Assembly (NCBI GenBank): GCA_002011815.1
Contig: MTOV01000004.1
Span: 115,514-179,513 of the forward strand
Length of the DNA: 64,000 nucleotides
DNA from: Nitrospirae bacterium JdFR-86
GTDB lineage: Bacteria; Nitrospirota; Thermodesulfovibrionia; Thermodesulfovibrionales; JdFR-86
Direction of reading: 5' to 3'
Each line of letters begins with the position of its first letter. Position 1 is the stretch's first letter. The notes below the pieces were generated by a model that did not search any database, had not been told where the DNA came from, and saw only the letters and a program-made list of their open reading frames with translations. The position numbers and the translations under genes are program-made. Below are positions 1 through 9,625 of this stretch, one piece after another.

Positions 1-870
1 TATTATCTCTGACTGAAATCCAAGCTCTTCTCCCTTTTGTTCTGCACGCATCAGAGCCTTTCGGTTACTGCATATAATCAGATTTTCTACCATGTCAAAT
101 GCTTCATCCTCCTGCTTAGGGCTTTCCGGTATAAGACCTTTTATGCCTTTTTCTATAACATCAAGAACGCTTCGAGGGGCATCAATAGAGTATTTCTCAA
201 TCACATCCATTGCGTCTTTATATGTAGTGCTGTCTGCTACTGTAGGTCCTGAGGCTATGACATCAAGCCTGTCGCCTATTACGTCTGAGACTATGAGTGA
301 TATAATCCTTGCAGGATAAGCTGTTTTAGCGAGTCTTCCGCCTTTGACCCTTGAGATGTGCTTTCTTACTGCGTTAAGTTCGTTTATATCTGCACCTGCA
401 TTAAGAAGCGCCTTTGTAATAGCTTGTTTCTCCGCAAGGGTTATGCCTTCTGAGGGTGATACAAGCAGGGAAGAACCTCCGCCTGAAAGCAGACAAACAA
501 CCAGCGTATCCTCTGCAGCCTCCTTAAGAAGCCTTACTGTTTCTTCAGTTGCTCTAACACCGTTTTCATCAGGCACTGGATGTCCTGCCTCGAATATCTT
601 TATCTTGCTGTCTCCCCTACCCTTTATGTGTCCGTATTTTGTAATAACAATTCCTGCCTCTATCAAATCCCCCAAGGAGTCTTCTACTGCTCTTGCCATC
701 TCAGAGGATGCCTTGCCTGCACCGACAACCAGAAGTCTTCTAAACTCGCCGGATTTATACAGCGAACGTATCTTTTCAGCTTCGGATTTAACTGCTGGAT
801 ACGGGGCTACTGCCTCAAGTGCAGAAAAGAATATCTCTTTTGCGGTCTCTTTCAGGTCTACGGATTTCAT
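1..870 (-). CDS. Glycerate 2-kinase / hydroxypyruvate reductase-like protein (MOFRL family), C-terminus beyond window edge
   Basis: Absent from the ORF track because it is open at position 1. Hand translation of the reverse strand from the ATG at comp(868-870) gives 290 stop-free codons: MKSVDLKETAKEIFFSALEAV..LVVGAGKASSEMA..CLLSGGGSSLL..RKHISRVKGGRLA..VSDVIGD, the motif set of MOFRL-type glycerate kinases. The + strand ORFs 92-319, 344-883 and 580-1077 are antisense shadows. Confidence 0.8.
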   Translation of the reverse strand, partial: MKSVDLKETAKEIFFSALEAVAPYPAVKSEAEKIRSLYKSGEFRRLLVVGAGKASSEMARAVEDSLGDLIEAGIVITKYGHIKGRGDSKIKIFEAGHPVPDENGVRATEETVRLLKEAAEDTLVVCLLSGGGSSLLVSPSEGITLAEKQAITKALLNAGADINELNAVRKHISRVKGGRLAKTAYPARIISLIVSDVIGDRLDVIASGPTVADSTTYKDAMDVIEKYSIDAPRSVLDVIEKGIKGLIPESPKQEDEAFDMVENLIICSNRKALMRAEQKGEELGFQSEII

Positions 871-918
871 CCATCAAGTATAACAAGAACCGAAAACAAA
901 CATCCTTTCCTGCACCTG

Positions 919-2811
919 TTACAAAAACTGCTCTTTCAATTGAGTGCTCAACAGGCGGATTTCAGGATACCTGACTGCGTAAGGTTCAATGGCTTCTATA
1001 AAAGACTGTATCTCATCTCTGTTCCCTGTAATATCAAGGTACTGCATGTAGTAGACAAGCCCCTGTGGCGTGATTAATTTCAAAGATTTTTCATAGAAGT
1101 CCTGAGAGCGGCTAATGTCTCCCTGTCTTTTCAGGAGATAGGCGTAATGGGAAAGGGATATAAAATAAGACATCTTAAACTCAATGGAGAAAATATCATT
1201 CGCTTTTTCCCTGAGGACTCTCTCATACACGAACATGTCAAACGCTTTTTTGAAATCCTCTGCATTTTTTCTTTTGTCAGGGGTGTGCTCCTTTGGAAAA
1301 AGTCTATAACAGTGAATATACGGAACTGTTATAAAGTAAGAGCTAATCTTCTCAGGCAGATTCATAATGTCGTATATAAAAACCCTTCCCTTGTTTACAT
1401 AGGTTTCATCAACCCTTGAAAAGAGCTTTCCTTCAGGCAGGTCAGGAAAGAGGGTTTTGTATTTCCATGAGGGGTTGACCTGTGTAAGGATACCGCCTTT
1501 GTCTGCAAAAAGCACGATGACGTCTTCTTTTTTTCTTTCGATAATATTTTTATAAAAAACAGGGAAGTAGGACGCGTCAGAACCTGATATAAGAATGCTT
1601 CTGGGAGGCAGGCTCTCAAGCAGATTGTTTGAGAAATCGTCAGCCAGATAATAATTGCTGAGGTCTCCTTTTTTAAGGGCATCCGGCAGGCTGAACACAA
1701 GAGGAAGCAACACCACACCTATGGCAAGGGGTCTGCGCACAAAAGGCAGCCTCTTTTTTACCGGTTTTAAGAGATACCAAAGTCCGCATCCCACAGCTAC
1801 AGCAGAAAGATAAAGCAAAGGAAGCATATAAGGGCTTAAAAGAAACAGCTCGTCTTCCTCAGGTTTTGCAAATGAAAATACCATTGCCGACAAAATGACC
1901 CCGTATGATACAAGGGCTGTAAGAAGGAAAAAGAGCTTTGTTTTCTTTTTCAAAAGAAGCGGCACTGAAAACACTGCCAGTAAGCTAAAGAACCCCATGT
2001 TGCTGAACAAAAGAAACTTCAATGTATTGGATGCACCGAGGAAGAACCGTCCAGGGTTGCTGACAGGTGCTTTGATTGCAGTCATGCTCGAGCCGTATTC
2101 CTTTCTGAAAAACGTAATAATGAAGTTCTCCAGTGTGTTTGAATCAGAATACGCAAACAGCACATTACCGGACAAATACCTGAGAGAACGGATGTAACTA
2201 AACAAATACACGCTTATCCCTATGAAGAAGAACAAAAGACAATAAAGGACAATCTTTTTGTCCCTTCCCTTTACCAGAACCGCAAACACCAAAGGGAAAA
2301 GCATGAACCCGATTGTATGGTGGTTGCCCATACCAATGCCGAGTATGAATGAGCAGAGGAACAAAATCCTTTTGTCGCCTTCTTTAAGGACTCTGAGTCC
2401 CAGATAAAAAATCAATATCACAAGCAAAGAGTTCAGGGAATAGACCTCTGCTTTTGTAGACTCCACCCATGCAAGCGGCACAAAGGCAGAGAAAAATGCA
2501 GAGAAGACCGACACAGAAACATTTTCAGTAAGCATGTAAACAGAGCGGAATACGAAGACAGAAGCCAGTGCTCCGCACAGGGCTGAAAACAGGTTCAGTT
2601 TGTAGGCTACACTACCGAGGGGAATAAATGTGCTGAGTTTACCAAGGACTACATAAAGCGGGTAGCCTGGAGGATGTGCCAGTCCAAGGGAAAATGCCGC
2701 GGTATAAAGCAAAGGACTGTCCCCGCTATAGATCAAGGGACAGAGATATATAACATAGACAATAAAAATTCCCAGAAAGACAAGGAAAGATGCTTTTTCT
2801 TCGCTTCTCAA
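919..2811 (-). CDS. DUF2723-type polytopic membrane protein (GT-C-like glycosyltransferase fold) with helical C-terminal domain
   Basis: 630 aa with many predicted TM helices. The N-terminal GDSPLLYTAAFSLGLAHPPGYPLYVVLGKL motif is typical of DUF2723/PMT_2-like proteins, and the last ~150 aa are soluble and TPR-like. Confidence 0.65.
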   Translation of the reverse strand: MRSEEKASFLVFLGIFIVYVIYLCPLIYSGDSPLLYTAAFSLGLAHPPGYPLYVVLGKLSTFIPLGSVAYKLNLFSALCGALASVFVFRSVYMLTENVSVSVFSAFFSAFVPLAWVESTKAEVYSLNSLLVILIFYLGLRVLKEGDKRILFLCSFILGIGMGNHHTIGFMLFPLVFAVLVKGRDKKIVLYCLLFFFIGISVYLFSYIRSLRYLSGNVLFAYSDSNTLENFIITFFRKEYGSSMTAIKAPVSNPGRFFLGASNTLKFLLFSNMGFFSLLAVFSVPLLLKKKTKLFFLLTALVSYGVILSAMVFSFAKPEEDELFLLSPYMLPLLYLSAVAVGCGLWYLLKPVKKRLPFVRRPLAIGVVLLPLVFSLPDALKKGDLSNYYLADDFSNNLLESLPPRSILISGSDASYFPVFYKNIIERKKEDVIVLFADKGGILTQVNPSWKYKTLFPDLPEGKLFSRVDETYVNKGRVFIYDIMNLPEKISSYFITVPYIHCYRLFPKEHTPDKRKNAEDFKKAFDMFVYERVLREKANDIFSIEFKMSYFISLSHYAYLLKRQGDISRSQDFYEKSLKLITPQGLVYYMQYLDITGNRDEIQSFIEAIEPYAVRYPEIRLLSTQLKEQFL

Positions 2812-2848
2812 CAGTATAAACCGGGGGAATCACCCCCTTTTACAGAAT

Positions 2849-3226
2849 TTATGAGCTGCTTATACTGAGAGTTCCGATGCTGGTAATTGCAGTGCCAAGC
2901 AGATTAACCGTGAACCTGCCTGTTCTTTTGCCTCCTGCAATCATATTTGCACCGCTTTGAATCTGTATTGTACTGCTGCCGTTTACCGTAAGTGAACCAG
3001 CATCACCTGAAAGATTGGCGTTTACCTGATCTACTGTAGGGTTTCCCTTTACAGAGGCTATTGTAATACTGTAAGCAGAAATGATCTGACCGTAAAGAGC
3101 ACGAATCGCTGCATTTTCAGCATCAGTCTGAAGGTCAATAAACTTTGGTATCGCTACTGCAGCAAGTATCCCGAGTATGACTATTATCATCACCAGTTCA
3201 ATAAGCGTAAAACCTTTTTTACCCAT
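2849..3226 (-). CDS. Prepilin-type N-terminal cleavage/methylation domain protein (type IV pilin or pseudopilin-like)
   Basis: MGKKGFTLIELVMIIVILGILAAVAIP is the canonical G/FTLIE leader plus hydrophobic helix. A GGAGG Shine-Dalgarno lies just upstream on the minus strand. Confidence 0.85.
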   Translation of the reverse strand: MGKKGFTLIELVMIIVILGILAAVAIPKFIDLQTDAENAAIRALYGQIISAYSITIASVKGNPTVDQVNANLSGDAGSLTVNGSSTIQIQSGANMIAGGKRTGRFTVNLLGTAITSIGTLSISSS

Positions 3227-3309
3227 ATCTACCTCCTTTTTTCAGAGTTCTCCATTCCTGACTCCCCGTGTAAATTGTAGCAAAAAAAGGAATTAATGCA
3301 AACAAAAGT

Positions 3310-4719
3310 TTACATTGTGCCTCTTTCTGCTACTTCTGAGAGCACCTCTGAGACAGCCCTTTGGGCATACTCGGAATCCCAATAGGCATAGATTTTAGCG
3401 GAAGGAACTCTATCGAGAATATGAGGGCTTCCGAATGAAATAAATACACTGGCTTTGTTTTTAAGCTTCAGGATGATACGCTTAAGCCATGGGGGTGTTC
3501 CGCCTTTCCATCCTTTTACAGCAGAAAAGACGGCAACTATTATGTCAACTCCCTGAGGCAAGGATTTCAAACGAAATCCCATGCCGGAATTAATAATCAA
3601 GTGCTTTACGGATGGATTTCTTTTTGCCATTTCAGCGATAAATACCTTGCCCTTCTCCTCCTCATCATCGTTCAAAAGCACTATAAAGGGTTTCTTCAAC
3701 GGCTTGACAGAGCCTGCTACTTTTATCGCCTTTTTTGTAATCTCCATAGACAGCTTTTCACTGCTTCTGGGCTTTCTGCCGGTTGGGCTGGATATAAGGG
3801 TCTTCCTGAACCGCACGAGCCTGTTTTGTCTGAATCTGCAATCTGTTTTTTCAAGGGCTGATGAGAGTTTTTCAGGCTCATCCGGATGAAGAAGCACATC
3901 AACCCCTGCCCTGAGAGCCATAGACGCAGCCTCATCCGCACTGTAAGCGCTTATTCCTCCCATATTCATGGCATCTGTCATAACAATCCCTTTAAATCTC
4001 ATTTTCTCCCGCAGAAACCTGACTGCATTCGCTGAAAGAGACACTGGCATGCCAGAAGGCTCTATTGCAGGCACACTCAGATGTCCGAGCATTATTGCCT
4101 TTAGACCGGCTTTTACAGCCGTTCTAAAGGGCACAAGCTCGCATTCTTCCAGGGCATTCAGGGACTTTCCGACCACAGGCAGGGTTATGTGCGAGTCAAC
4201 CCCTGTATCACCGTGCCCTGGGAAGTGCTTGCCGCACACTTCAATACCCCTGCCTCGTAAGGTCTTTATCATCTCCGAACCAATTGCCGAGACTGTTTCA
4301 GGGTCTTCGCCGAACGCCCTTGTTGAGATTATGGGGTTATCAGGATTCGTATTGACATCCAGCACCGGAGCTAAAATCATGTTTATGCCTGCATACCGTG
4401 CTTCATCAGCCATGCATTTAAAGACTGCTTTTAAAATATTCGGGTCTTTTTTTGCGGCTTCGCCTATTGCCATTGCCGGTGGAAAGAGCGTTCCGCCTTT
4501 TACCTGCTGTCCAAGTCCCTGCTCAAGGTCAGAGGCTATAATCAAGGGGGTCACAGACTCTTTCTGAAGCCGTTTAATCCTTTCTCTTAATGAATTCAGT
4601 TCTCCGCCAAAGACGATAAAGCCAGCCACTCCCTTCCTGACAAGACCGCGATAATATTCGAACTCCTGCTCTATACGGTTGCCTTCAAGCCTCGGCATCA
4701 TGAATTGATAAAAGCTCAT
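3310..4719 (-). CDS. nagZ: Glycoside hydrolase family 3 beta-N-acetylhexosaminidase-like protein with extra C-terminal domain
   Basis: 469 aa with the GH3 motifs KHFPGHGDTGVDSH and VMTDAMNMGG. Confidence 0.8.
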   Translation of the reverse strand: MSFYQFMMPRLEGNRIEQEFEYYRGLVRKGVAGFIVFGGELNSLRERIKRLQKESVTPLIIASDLEQGLGQQVKGGTLFPPAMAIGEAAKKDPNILKAVFKCMADEARYAGINMILAPVLDVNTNPDNPIISTRAFGEDPETVSAIGSEMIKTLRGRGIEVCGKHFPGHGDTGVDSHITLPVVGKSLNALEECELVPFRTAVKAGLKAIMLGHLSVPAIEPSGMPVSLSANAVRFLREKMRFKGIVMTDAMNMGGISAYSADEAASMALRAGVDVLLHPDEPEKLSSALEKTDCRFRQNRLVRFRKTLISSPTGRKPRSSEKLSMEITKKAIKVAGSVKPLKKPFIVLLNDDEEEKGKVFIAEMAKRNPSVKHLIINSGMGFRLKSLPQGVDIIVAVFSAVKGWKGGTPPWLKRIILKLKNKASVFISFGSPHILDRVPSAKIYAYWDSEYAQRAVSEVLSEVAERGTM

Positions 4720-4760
4720 GTTGTATTATAGAGCATTAAATAAACAAATACGGAGGTATA

Positions 4761-5657
4761 ATGGGTCTCTTTGAAAGACTGAAACAAGGGCTTTCAAAAA
4801 CAAGAAAGGGATTTACAGAAAAAGTTGATTCTATTTTCAAAGGCAGAGGGGTTGACGAAGAGACCCTTGAAGAACTGGAAGAAACGCTTATTATGTCCGA
4901 TGTCGGGGTAAAAGCCGCTATGGAGATAACCGGGCATTTGAGGGAAAAGAAAAACGACATTAAATCCGGCTCTGTAAAAGAATTTCTCAAGCGTGAGATG
5001 GCAGAGCTTCTGGGCAACGCACATCCTCTTGTGACCTTTGGAGAAAAGCCCTTTGTAATCCTTACGGTTGGAGTCAACGGAACAGGCAAGACGACAACCA
5101 TCGGGAAGCTGGCAAGCAGGTTCGTCTCTGAAGGAATGTCGGTTATACTTGCTGCTTCGGACACATTCAGGGCAGCTGCCATAGAGCAGCTTGAGATATG
5201 GGCAGAACGGTCAGGAGCACAGATAATAAAGCACCAGAGCGGCTCAGACCCTGCAGCAGTGGCATTCGATGCCGTAGAGGCTGCCAAGCATAGAGGCACC
5301 GACGTGGTTATCGTGGATACCGCAGGCAGGCTTCATACGAAAAGCCCGCTCATGGAAGAACTGAAAAAAGTAAAGCGTGTAATCAGCAAGGCAATGCCTG
5401 ATGCACCACAGGAAGTCTTACTGGTCCTTGATGCCACAACAGGACAGAACGCCTTAAGGCAGGCAGAAATGTTTAACAACGCAGTCGGGGTTACTGGCAT
5501 TGCACTTACAAAGCTTGACGGCACTGCAAAAGGCGGAATTGTCTTTGCGATAAGAAAAGAACTCGGCATACCTGTAAGGCTCATCGGCATCGGTGAAGGC
5601 ATAGACGACCTTAGAGACTTCGACCCGAAAGAGTTCGTGGATGCACTGTTTTCCTAA
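4761..5657 (+). CDS. ftsY: Signal recognition particle receptor FtsY (short form, NG domain only)
   Basis: GVNGTGKTTTIGKLA P-loop, DTAGRLH and LTKLDGTAKGG SRP-GTPase motifs. Confidence 0.9.
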   Translation: MGLFERLKQGLSKTRKGFTEKVDSIFKGRGVDEETLEELEETLIMSDVGVKAAMEITGHLREKKNDIKSGSVKEFLKREMAELLGNAHPLVTFGEKPFVILTVGVNGTGKTTTIGKLASRFVSEGMSVILAASDTFRAAAIEQLEIWAERSGAQIIKHQSGSDPAAVAFDAVEAAKHRGTDVVIVDTAGRLHTKSPLMEELKKVKRVISKAMPDAPQEVLLVLDATTGQNALRQAEMFNNAVGVTGIALTKLDGTAKGGIVFAIRKELGIPVRLIGIGEGIDDLRDFDPKEFVDALFS

Positions 5658-5734
5658 CTGAAGCAACAACTGTTGCCTCTTATTTACTAATGCAGGAAAA
5701 AACCTTATAATATAAGACTTATTCGAGGTGAAAG

Positions 5735-6223
5735 ATGATATTTAAAGGCAAAGTCTGGAAATTCGGAGACGACATAGACACTGACGCAATCATTCCGGCA
5801 AGGTATCTCAATACTTCCGACCCGAAGGAGCTTGCCTCCCATGTGATGGAAGACGCAGACAAAGACTTCCCCGGCAAGGTAAAACCCGGGGATATCATCG
5901 TGGCAGGAAAGAATTTCGGATGCGGCTCATCCAGAGAGCATGCCCCTATTGCCATAAAAGCCGCAGGGGTTCAGGCTGTCGTGGCTAAAAGCTTCGCAAG
6001 AATATTCTACAGAAACGCCTTCAATATAGGGCTTCCTATATTTGAATCCCCTGACTCGGATATAGACGAAGGGGATGAACTTGAGATTGACGCAAATGCA
6101 GGCGTCATAAAAAACATAACAAAATCAAAAGAATACAAGGCAAAGCCTATTCCGGCTTTTATGCAGGAGTTAATCTCTGCAGGCGGACTCATCGAGTGGA
6201 CTAAAAAGAAAATTAAAGGATAG
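5735..6223 (+). CDS. leuD: 3-isopropylmalate dehydratase small subunit (aconitase swivel domain)
   Basis: 162 aa, [34 protein letters not shown], the archaeal-type short LeuD pattern. It sits next to leuB. Confidence 0.85.
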   Translation: MIFKGKVWKFGDDIDTDAIIPARYLNTSDPKELASHVMEDADKDFPGKVKPGDIIVAGKNFGCGSSREHAPIAIKAAGVQAVVAKSFARIFYRNAFNIGLPIFESPDSDIDEGDELEIDANAGVIKNITKSKEYKAKPIPAFMQELISAGGLIEWTKKKIKG

Positions 6224-6232
6224 AGGTTAGCT

Positions 6233-7297
6233 ATGAAATCATACAATATTGCAGTCATTCCTGGCGACGGCACAGGACCGGAAGTTATCAGGGAAGGCGT
6301 CAAGGTGCTTGATGCCGCATCAAAACGGTTCGGGTTTAAGACCGAACTTAAGTATTTTGATTTCGGTGGAGAGAGATATCTGAAGACAGGGGAAACCCTG
6401 CCTGAAAGCGCCATTTCTGAATTAAAAGAATTCGATGCGATATATCTCGGCGCTATCGGACACCCTGAGGTAAAACCCGGAATACTCGAAAAAGGCATTC
6501 TCCTGAGACTCAGGTTTGAACTCGACCAGTATATAAACCTGAGGCCTGTAAAGCTCTATCCAGGTGTTGACTGTCCGCTTAAGGACAAGACCCCGGAGGA
6601 TATAGACTTCGTTGTCGTGAGGGAAAACACCGAGGGGCTTTATGCAGGGGCAGGAGGAGTCCTGAGAAAAGGCACGCCTGACGAGGTGGCTGTGCAGGAG
6701 TCAATAAACACCAGAAAGGGTGTTGAACGCTGTATAAGGTATGCATTTGAATACTGCAAAAAACGCAACAAGGACAAAAAACTCACCCTCTGCGGCAAGA
6801 CCAACGTCCTGACCTTCGCATTTGACCTCTGGGAAAGGACATTCAATGAAGTGGCAAAAGAATACCCTGATATAAAGACCGATTATGCCCACGTGGATGC
6901 AATAACCATGTGGTTTGTCAAAAACCCTGAATGGTTTGACGTAATTGTCACAGACAACATGTTCGGAGACATAATCACTGACCTGGGTGCAATGATTCAG
7001 GGGGGAATGGGCATTGCAGCCGGAGGCAACATAAACCCGCAGGGTGTCTCCATGTTTGAGCCTATCGGAGGCTCAGCACCAAAATACACAGGGAAAAACA
7101 TGATAAACCCTCTTGCAGCCATATGCGCCGCAGGCATGATGCTTGAGCATCTCGGCGAGGATGCTGCAGGCAAGACCGTGGAAAAAGCCGTCATGGAAGT
7201 CACTGCCAAGCACATAAAAAGCCTCCAGGCAGGACGCATGGGATTGACAACCACAGAAGTCGGAGACCTTGTAGCAGAATACGTTGGAAAGCTATAG
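6233..7297 (+). CDS. leuB: 3-isopropylmalate dehydrogenase family enzyme (LeuB / tartrate-D-malate dehydrogenase subfamily)
   Basis: [25 protein letters not shown] and [12 protein letters not shown] motifs of beta-decarboxylating dehydrogenases. Substrate assignment rests on adjacency to leuD. Confidence 0.75.
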   Translation: MKSYNIAVIPGDGTGPEVIREGVKVLDAASKRFGFKTELKYFDFGGERYLKTGETLPESAISELKEFDAIYLGAIGHPEVKPGILEKGILLRLRFELDQYINLRPVKLYPGVDCPLKDKTPEDIDFVVVRENTEGLYAGAGGVLRKGTPDEVAVQESINTRKGVERCIRYAFEYCKKRNKDKKLTLCGKTNVLTFAFDLWERTFNEVAKEYPDIKTDYAHVDAITMWFVKNPEWFDVIVTDNMFGDIITDLGAMIQGGMGIAAGGNINPQGVSMFEPIGGSAPKYTGKNMINPLAAICAAGMMLEHLGEDAAGKTVEKAVMEVTAKHIKSLQAGRMGLTTTEVGDLVAEYVGKL

Positions 7298-7349
7298 ACT
7301 TTACTTTCCCTCCCGGATTGTATTATACTTTTAGGCTGGAGGTGATGCT

Positions 7350-7595
7350 TTGGTAAAGATTAGACTGGCAAGATTTGGTGCACACAAAAGACCTTTCTAC
7401 AGGGTGGTTGTTGCTGACTCGAGGGCAAGAAGAGACGGACCATTTATAGAAATAATCGGGACATATGATCCGTTGAAAGAGCCTTCTGAGATTAAAATCA
7501 ACCTCGAAAAAGCCACTTACTGGCTAAGTAAAGGCGCCCAAGCTACCGATACCGTCAAAAAACTTTTACAGAAGGCAGGCCTGGAGGCAGCCTAA
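7350..7595 (+). CDS. rpsP: 30S ribosomal protein S16 (TTG start)
   Basis: [30 protein letters not shown] is the S16 signature. Confidence 0.95.
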   Translation: MVKIRLARFGAHKRPFYRVVVADSRARRDGPFIEIIGTYDPLKEPSEIKINLEKATYWLSKGAQATDTVKKLLQKAGLEAA

Positions 7596-7621
7596 TTTCC
7601 TATTTCCTACGGAGGTGGATC

Positions 7622-7855
7622 ATGATGAAAACATTAGTTGAGACTATGGCTAAAGCTCTGGTTGACAGACCTGAGGAAGTCAGCGTCGCTGAGGTCGACG
7701 GAGAAAAAACCACAGTGTTTGAACTCAGAGTGTCTGTAAACGACTTGGGGAAAGTGATAGGCAAACAGGGTAAAACTGCACGTGCAATGAGAACAATTCT
7801 GAGCGCAGCAGGCACAAAAATCGGTAAACGCTGCGTTCTTGAGATTCTCGAATAA
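7622..7855 (+). CDS. KH-domain RNA-binding protein (UPF0109/YlqC family)
   Basis: 77 aa with the [24 protein letters not shown] motif, in the conserved position after rpsP. Confidence 0.85.
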   Translation: MMKTLVETMAKALVDRPEEVSVAEVDGEKTTVFELRVSVNDLGKVIGKQGKTARAMRTILSAAGTKIGKRCVLEILE

Positions 7856-7881
7856 AATAATTATTAAACAAACAACTACTT

Positions 7882-7904
7882 AAGGGGCTATTCATTAGCC
7901 CCTT
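7882..7904 (+). terminator. 9-bp perfect hairpin between the KH gene and trmD (possible attenuator or processing site)
   Basis: AAGGGGCTA-ttcat-TAGCCCCTT. The downstream tract is A/T-rich but is not a clean U-run. Confidence 0.4.
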
Positions 7905-7925
7905 AATAATTTAAGAGGCTCGCCC

Positions 7926-8681
7926 ATGCATATCGCTGTCATCACCATCTTCCCTGAAATCTTCAAAGCCTACCTGAACGAAAGTATTATGAAAAAGGCT
8001 CTAAACAAAGAAATAGTAAAGATTGACATACATAACCTGCGGGACTTCACAAGCGATAAACACAAAACCGTTGATGACTACCCCTACGGCGGAGGTCCTG
8101 GCATGGTGATGAAGCCTGAGCCCCTTTCAAATGCCATAAGGCATATAAAATCAGACGGTATTGATACCCTTACCATCATGCTTACACCTCAGGGAAGACT
8201 GTTTACACAAAAAGTGGCAGAAGAGCTTTCAGCAGAAAAACGACGGCTTCTTCTTATATGCGGCAGGTATGAAGGTATCGACGAAAGGATAAGGGAGACA
8301 CTTGTGGATGATGAAATCTCCATCGGAGACTATGTGCTGACTGGCGGAGAACTGCCGGCTTTGGTTATAATAGATGCCGTTGTCCGTCTCCTGCCAGGGG
8401 CGGTAGGAGATGAAAATTCCCTCAGGGAAGAGTCTTTTTCGTGGGGGATACTTGATTACCCCCACTATACAAGACCGCCTGAATGGCAGGGACTGAAAGT
8501 TCCAGAGGTGTTACTCTCTGGCAACCACAAGCAGATAGCACTCTGGAGAAGAAAAGAAGCACTGAAAAGAACTCTGAAAAGAAGGCCTGACCTTATCGAA
8601 AAGGCCCGGCTTTCAGAGGAAGATTATAAACTGATTTCTGAGATAAAGGAGGAAAATGATGGATTTCATAAGCGTAATTGA
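7926..8681 (+). CDS. trmD: tRNA (guanine37-N1)-methyltransferase
   Basis: [47 protein letters not shown] are the TrmD motifs. Confidence 0.95.
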   Translation: MHIAVITIFPEIFKAYLNESIMKKALNKEIVKIDIHNLRDFTSDKHKTVDDYPYGGGPGMVMKPEPLSNAIRHIKSDGIDTLTIMLTPQGRLFTQKVAEELSAEKRRLLLICGRYEGIDERIRETLVDDEISIGDYVLTGGELPALVIIDAVVRLLPGAVGDENSLREESFSWGILDYPHYTRPPEWQGLKVPEVLLSGNHKQIALWRRKEALKRTLKRRPDLIEKARLSEEDYKLISEIKEENDGFHKRN

Positions 8682-9009
8682 AGAGGGATATAAAAAAGAA
8701 GTCCCTCCGTTTAACGTCGGAGACACTGTAAGAGTTTATACAAAGGTCATCGAAGGGGATAAAGAAAGACTCCAGCCTTTCGAGGGAGTGGTCATAGCCA
8801 AAAGGGGCGGAGGCACAAGAGCAACATTCATGGTAAGAAAGATATCCTTCGGGGTTGGCGTCGAAAGAATATTCCCTTTGTATTCACCATCTATAGACAG
8901 GATAGAAGTGGTAAGGAGGGGCTCCGTCCGGAGGGCAAAACTCTACTATCTCAGGCACAAGAAAGGCAAAGCAGCAAAAATAAAAGAAAAAGAAAGAACC
9001 TCACGCTAA
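8656..9009 (+). CDS. rplS: 50S ribosomal protein L19
   Basis: [33 protein letters not shown] is the L19 signature. It overlaps the trmD 3' end. Confidence 0.95.
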   Translation: MMDFISVIEEGYKKEVPPFNVGDTVRVYTKVIEGDKERLQPFEGVVIAKRGGGTRATFMVRKISFGVGVERIFPLYSPSIDRIEVVRRGSVRRAKLYYLRHKKGKAAKIKEKERTSR

Positions 9010-9012
9010 ATA

Positions 9013-9624
9013 ATGGACATTTACCGGCATGACGAATCCTTCAGACAGGAAGGGTTTCAGTGGATAGCCGGTATAGACGAGGCAGGCAGGGGTCCTATTG
9101 CAGGACCAGTGGTAGCAGCAGCCGTTGTTCTGCCTCCAGACACAAGAATCGAAGGCTTAAGAGACTCCAAAAAAGTTCCTGAAAAAGAAAGACAGAGACT
9201 ATTCTATGAAATCCTCTGCCATGCGTCAGACATAGGAGTAGGCATCTCTGACCCGGAAATCATAGACAGGGTTAATATACTCGGTGCAACAAGACTGGCC
9301 ATGGAAGCCGCAGTCAGAGACCTCCTAAGACAGCCTGACCTCCTGCTTATTGATGCAGTCACGCTTCCAAACCTTCCCATAAAACAGGTTTCGACATTTA
9401 AAGGAGAATCCAAAAGCGCTGCAATAGCAGCAGCATCAATAGTCGCAAAGTTTACAAGAGACAGCCTCATGCTCCATTACCATAACCTTTACCCTGAATA
9501 CGGTTTTGACAGACATAAAGGCTATTGCACAAAGGAACACATCGAAAGCATTAGAATCCACGGGCCCTGCCCTTTACACCGGAAAAGCTTCCAGAAGGTA
9601 ATGAGTCTGATGCTGCCTTTTTAA
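9013..9624 (+). CDS. rnhB: Ribonuclease HII
   Basis: IAGIDEAGRGPIAGPVVAAAV and DSKK motifs. Confidence 0.9.
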   Translation: MDIYRHDESFRQEGFQWIAGIDEAGRGPIAGPVVAAAVVLPPDTRIEGLRDSKKVPEKERQRLFYEILCHASDIGVGISDPEIIDRVNILGATRLAMEAAVRDLLRQPDLLLIDAVTLPNLPIKQVSTFKGESKSAAIAAASIVAKFTRDSLMLHYHNLYPEYGFDRHKGYCTKEHIESIRIHGPCPLHRKSFQKVMSLMLPF

Positions 9625-9625
9625 C

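Noticed and set aside
92-1077. + strand ORFs 92-319, 344-883 and 580-1077
   Set aside because: Low-complexity Ser/Ala/Leu-rich translations lying antisense to a stop-free reverse-strand frame with clear glycerate-kinase motifs. They are shadow ORFs.
4736-5299. 187-aa minus-strand ORF inside ftsY, and similar antisense ORFs inside nagZ, rny, the kinase, the cytochromes, MoxR, moeA and others
   Set aside because: Each overlaps a gene with strong family motifs on the other strand and has a composition typical of antisense frames.
5735-7297. leuD-leuB without an adjacent leuC as an anomaly
   Set aside because: Split leu clusters are common, and leuC is probably elsewhere in the genome. This is not informative from one window.
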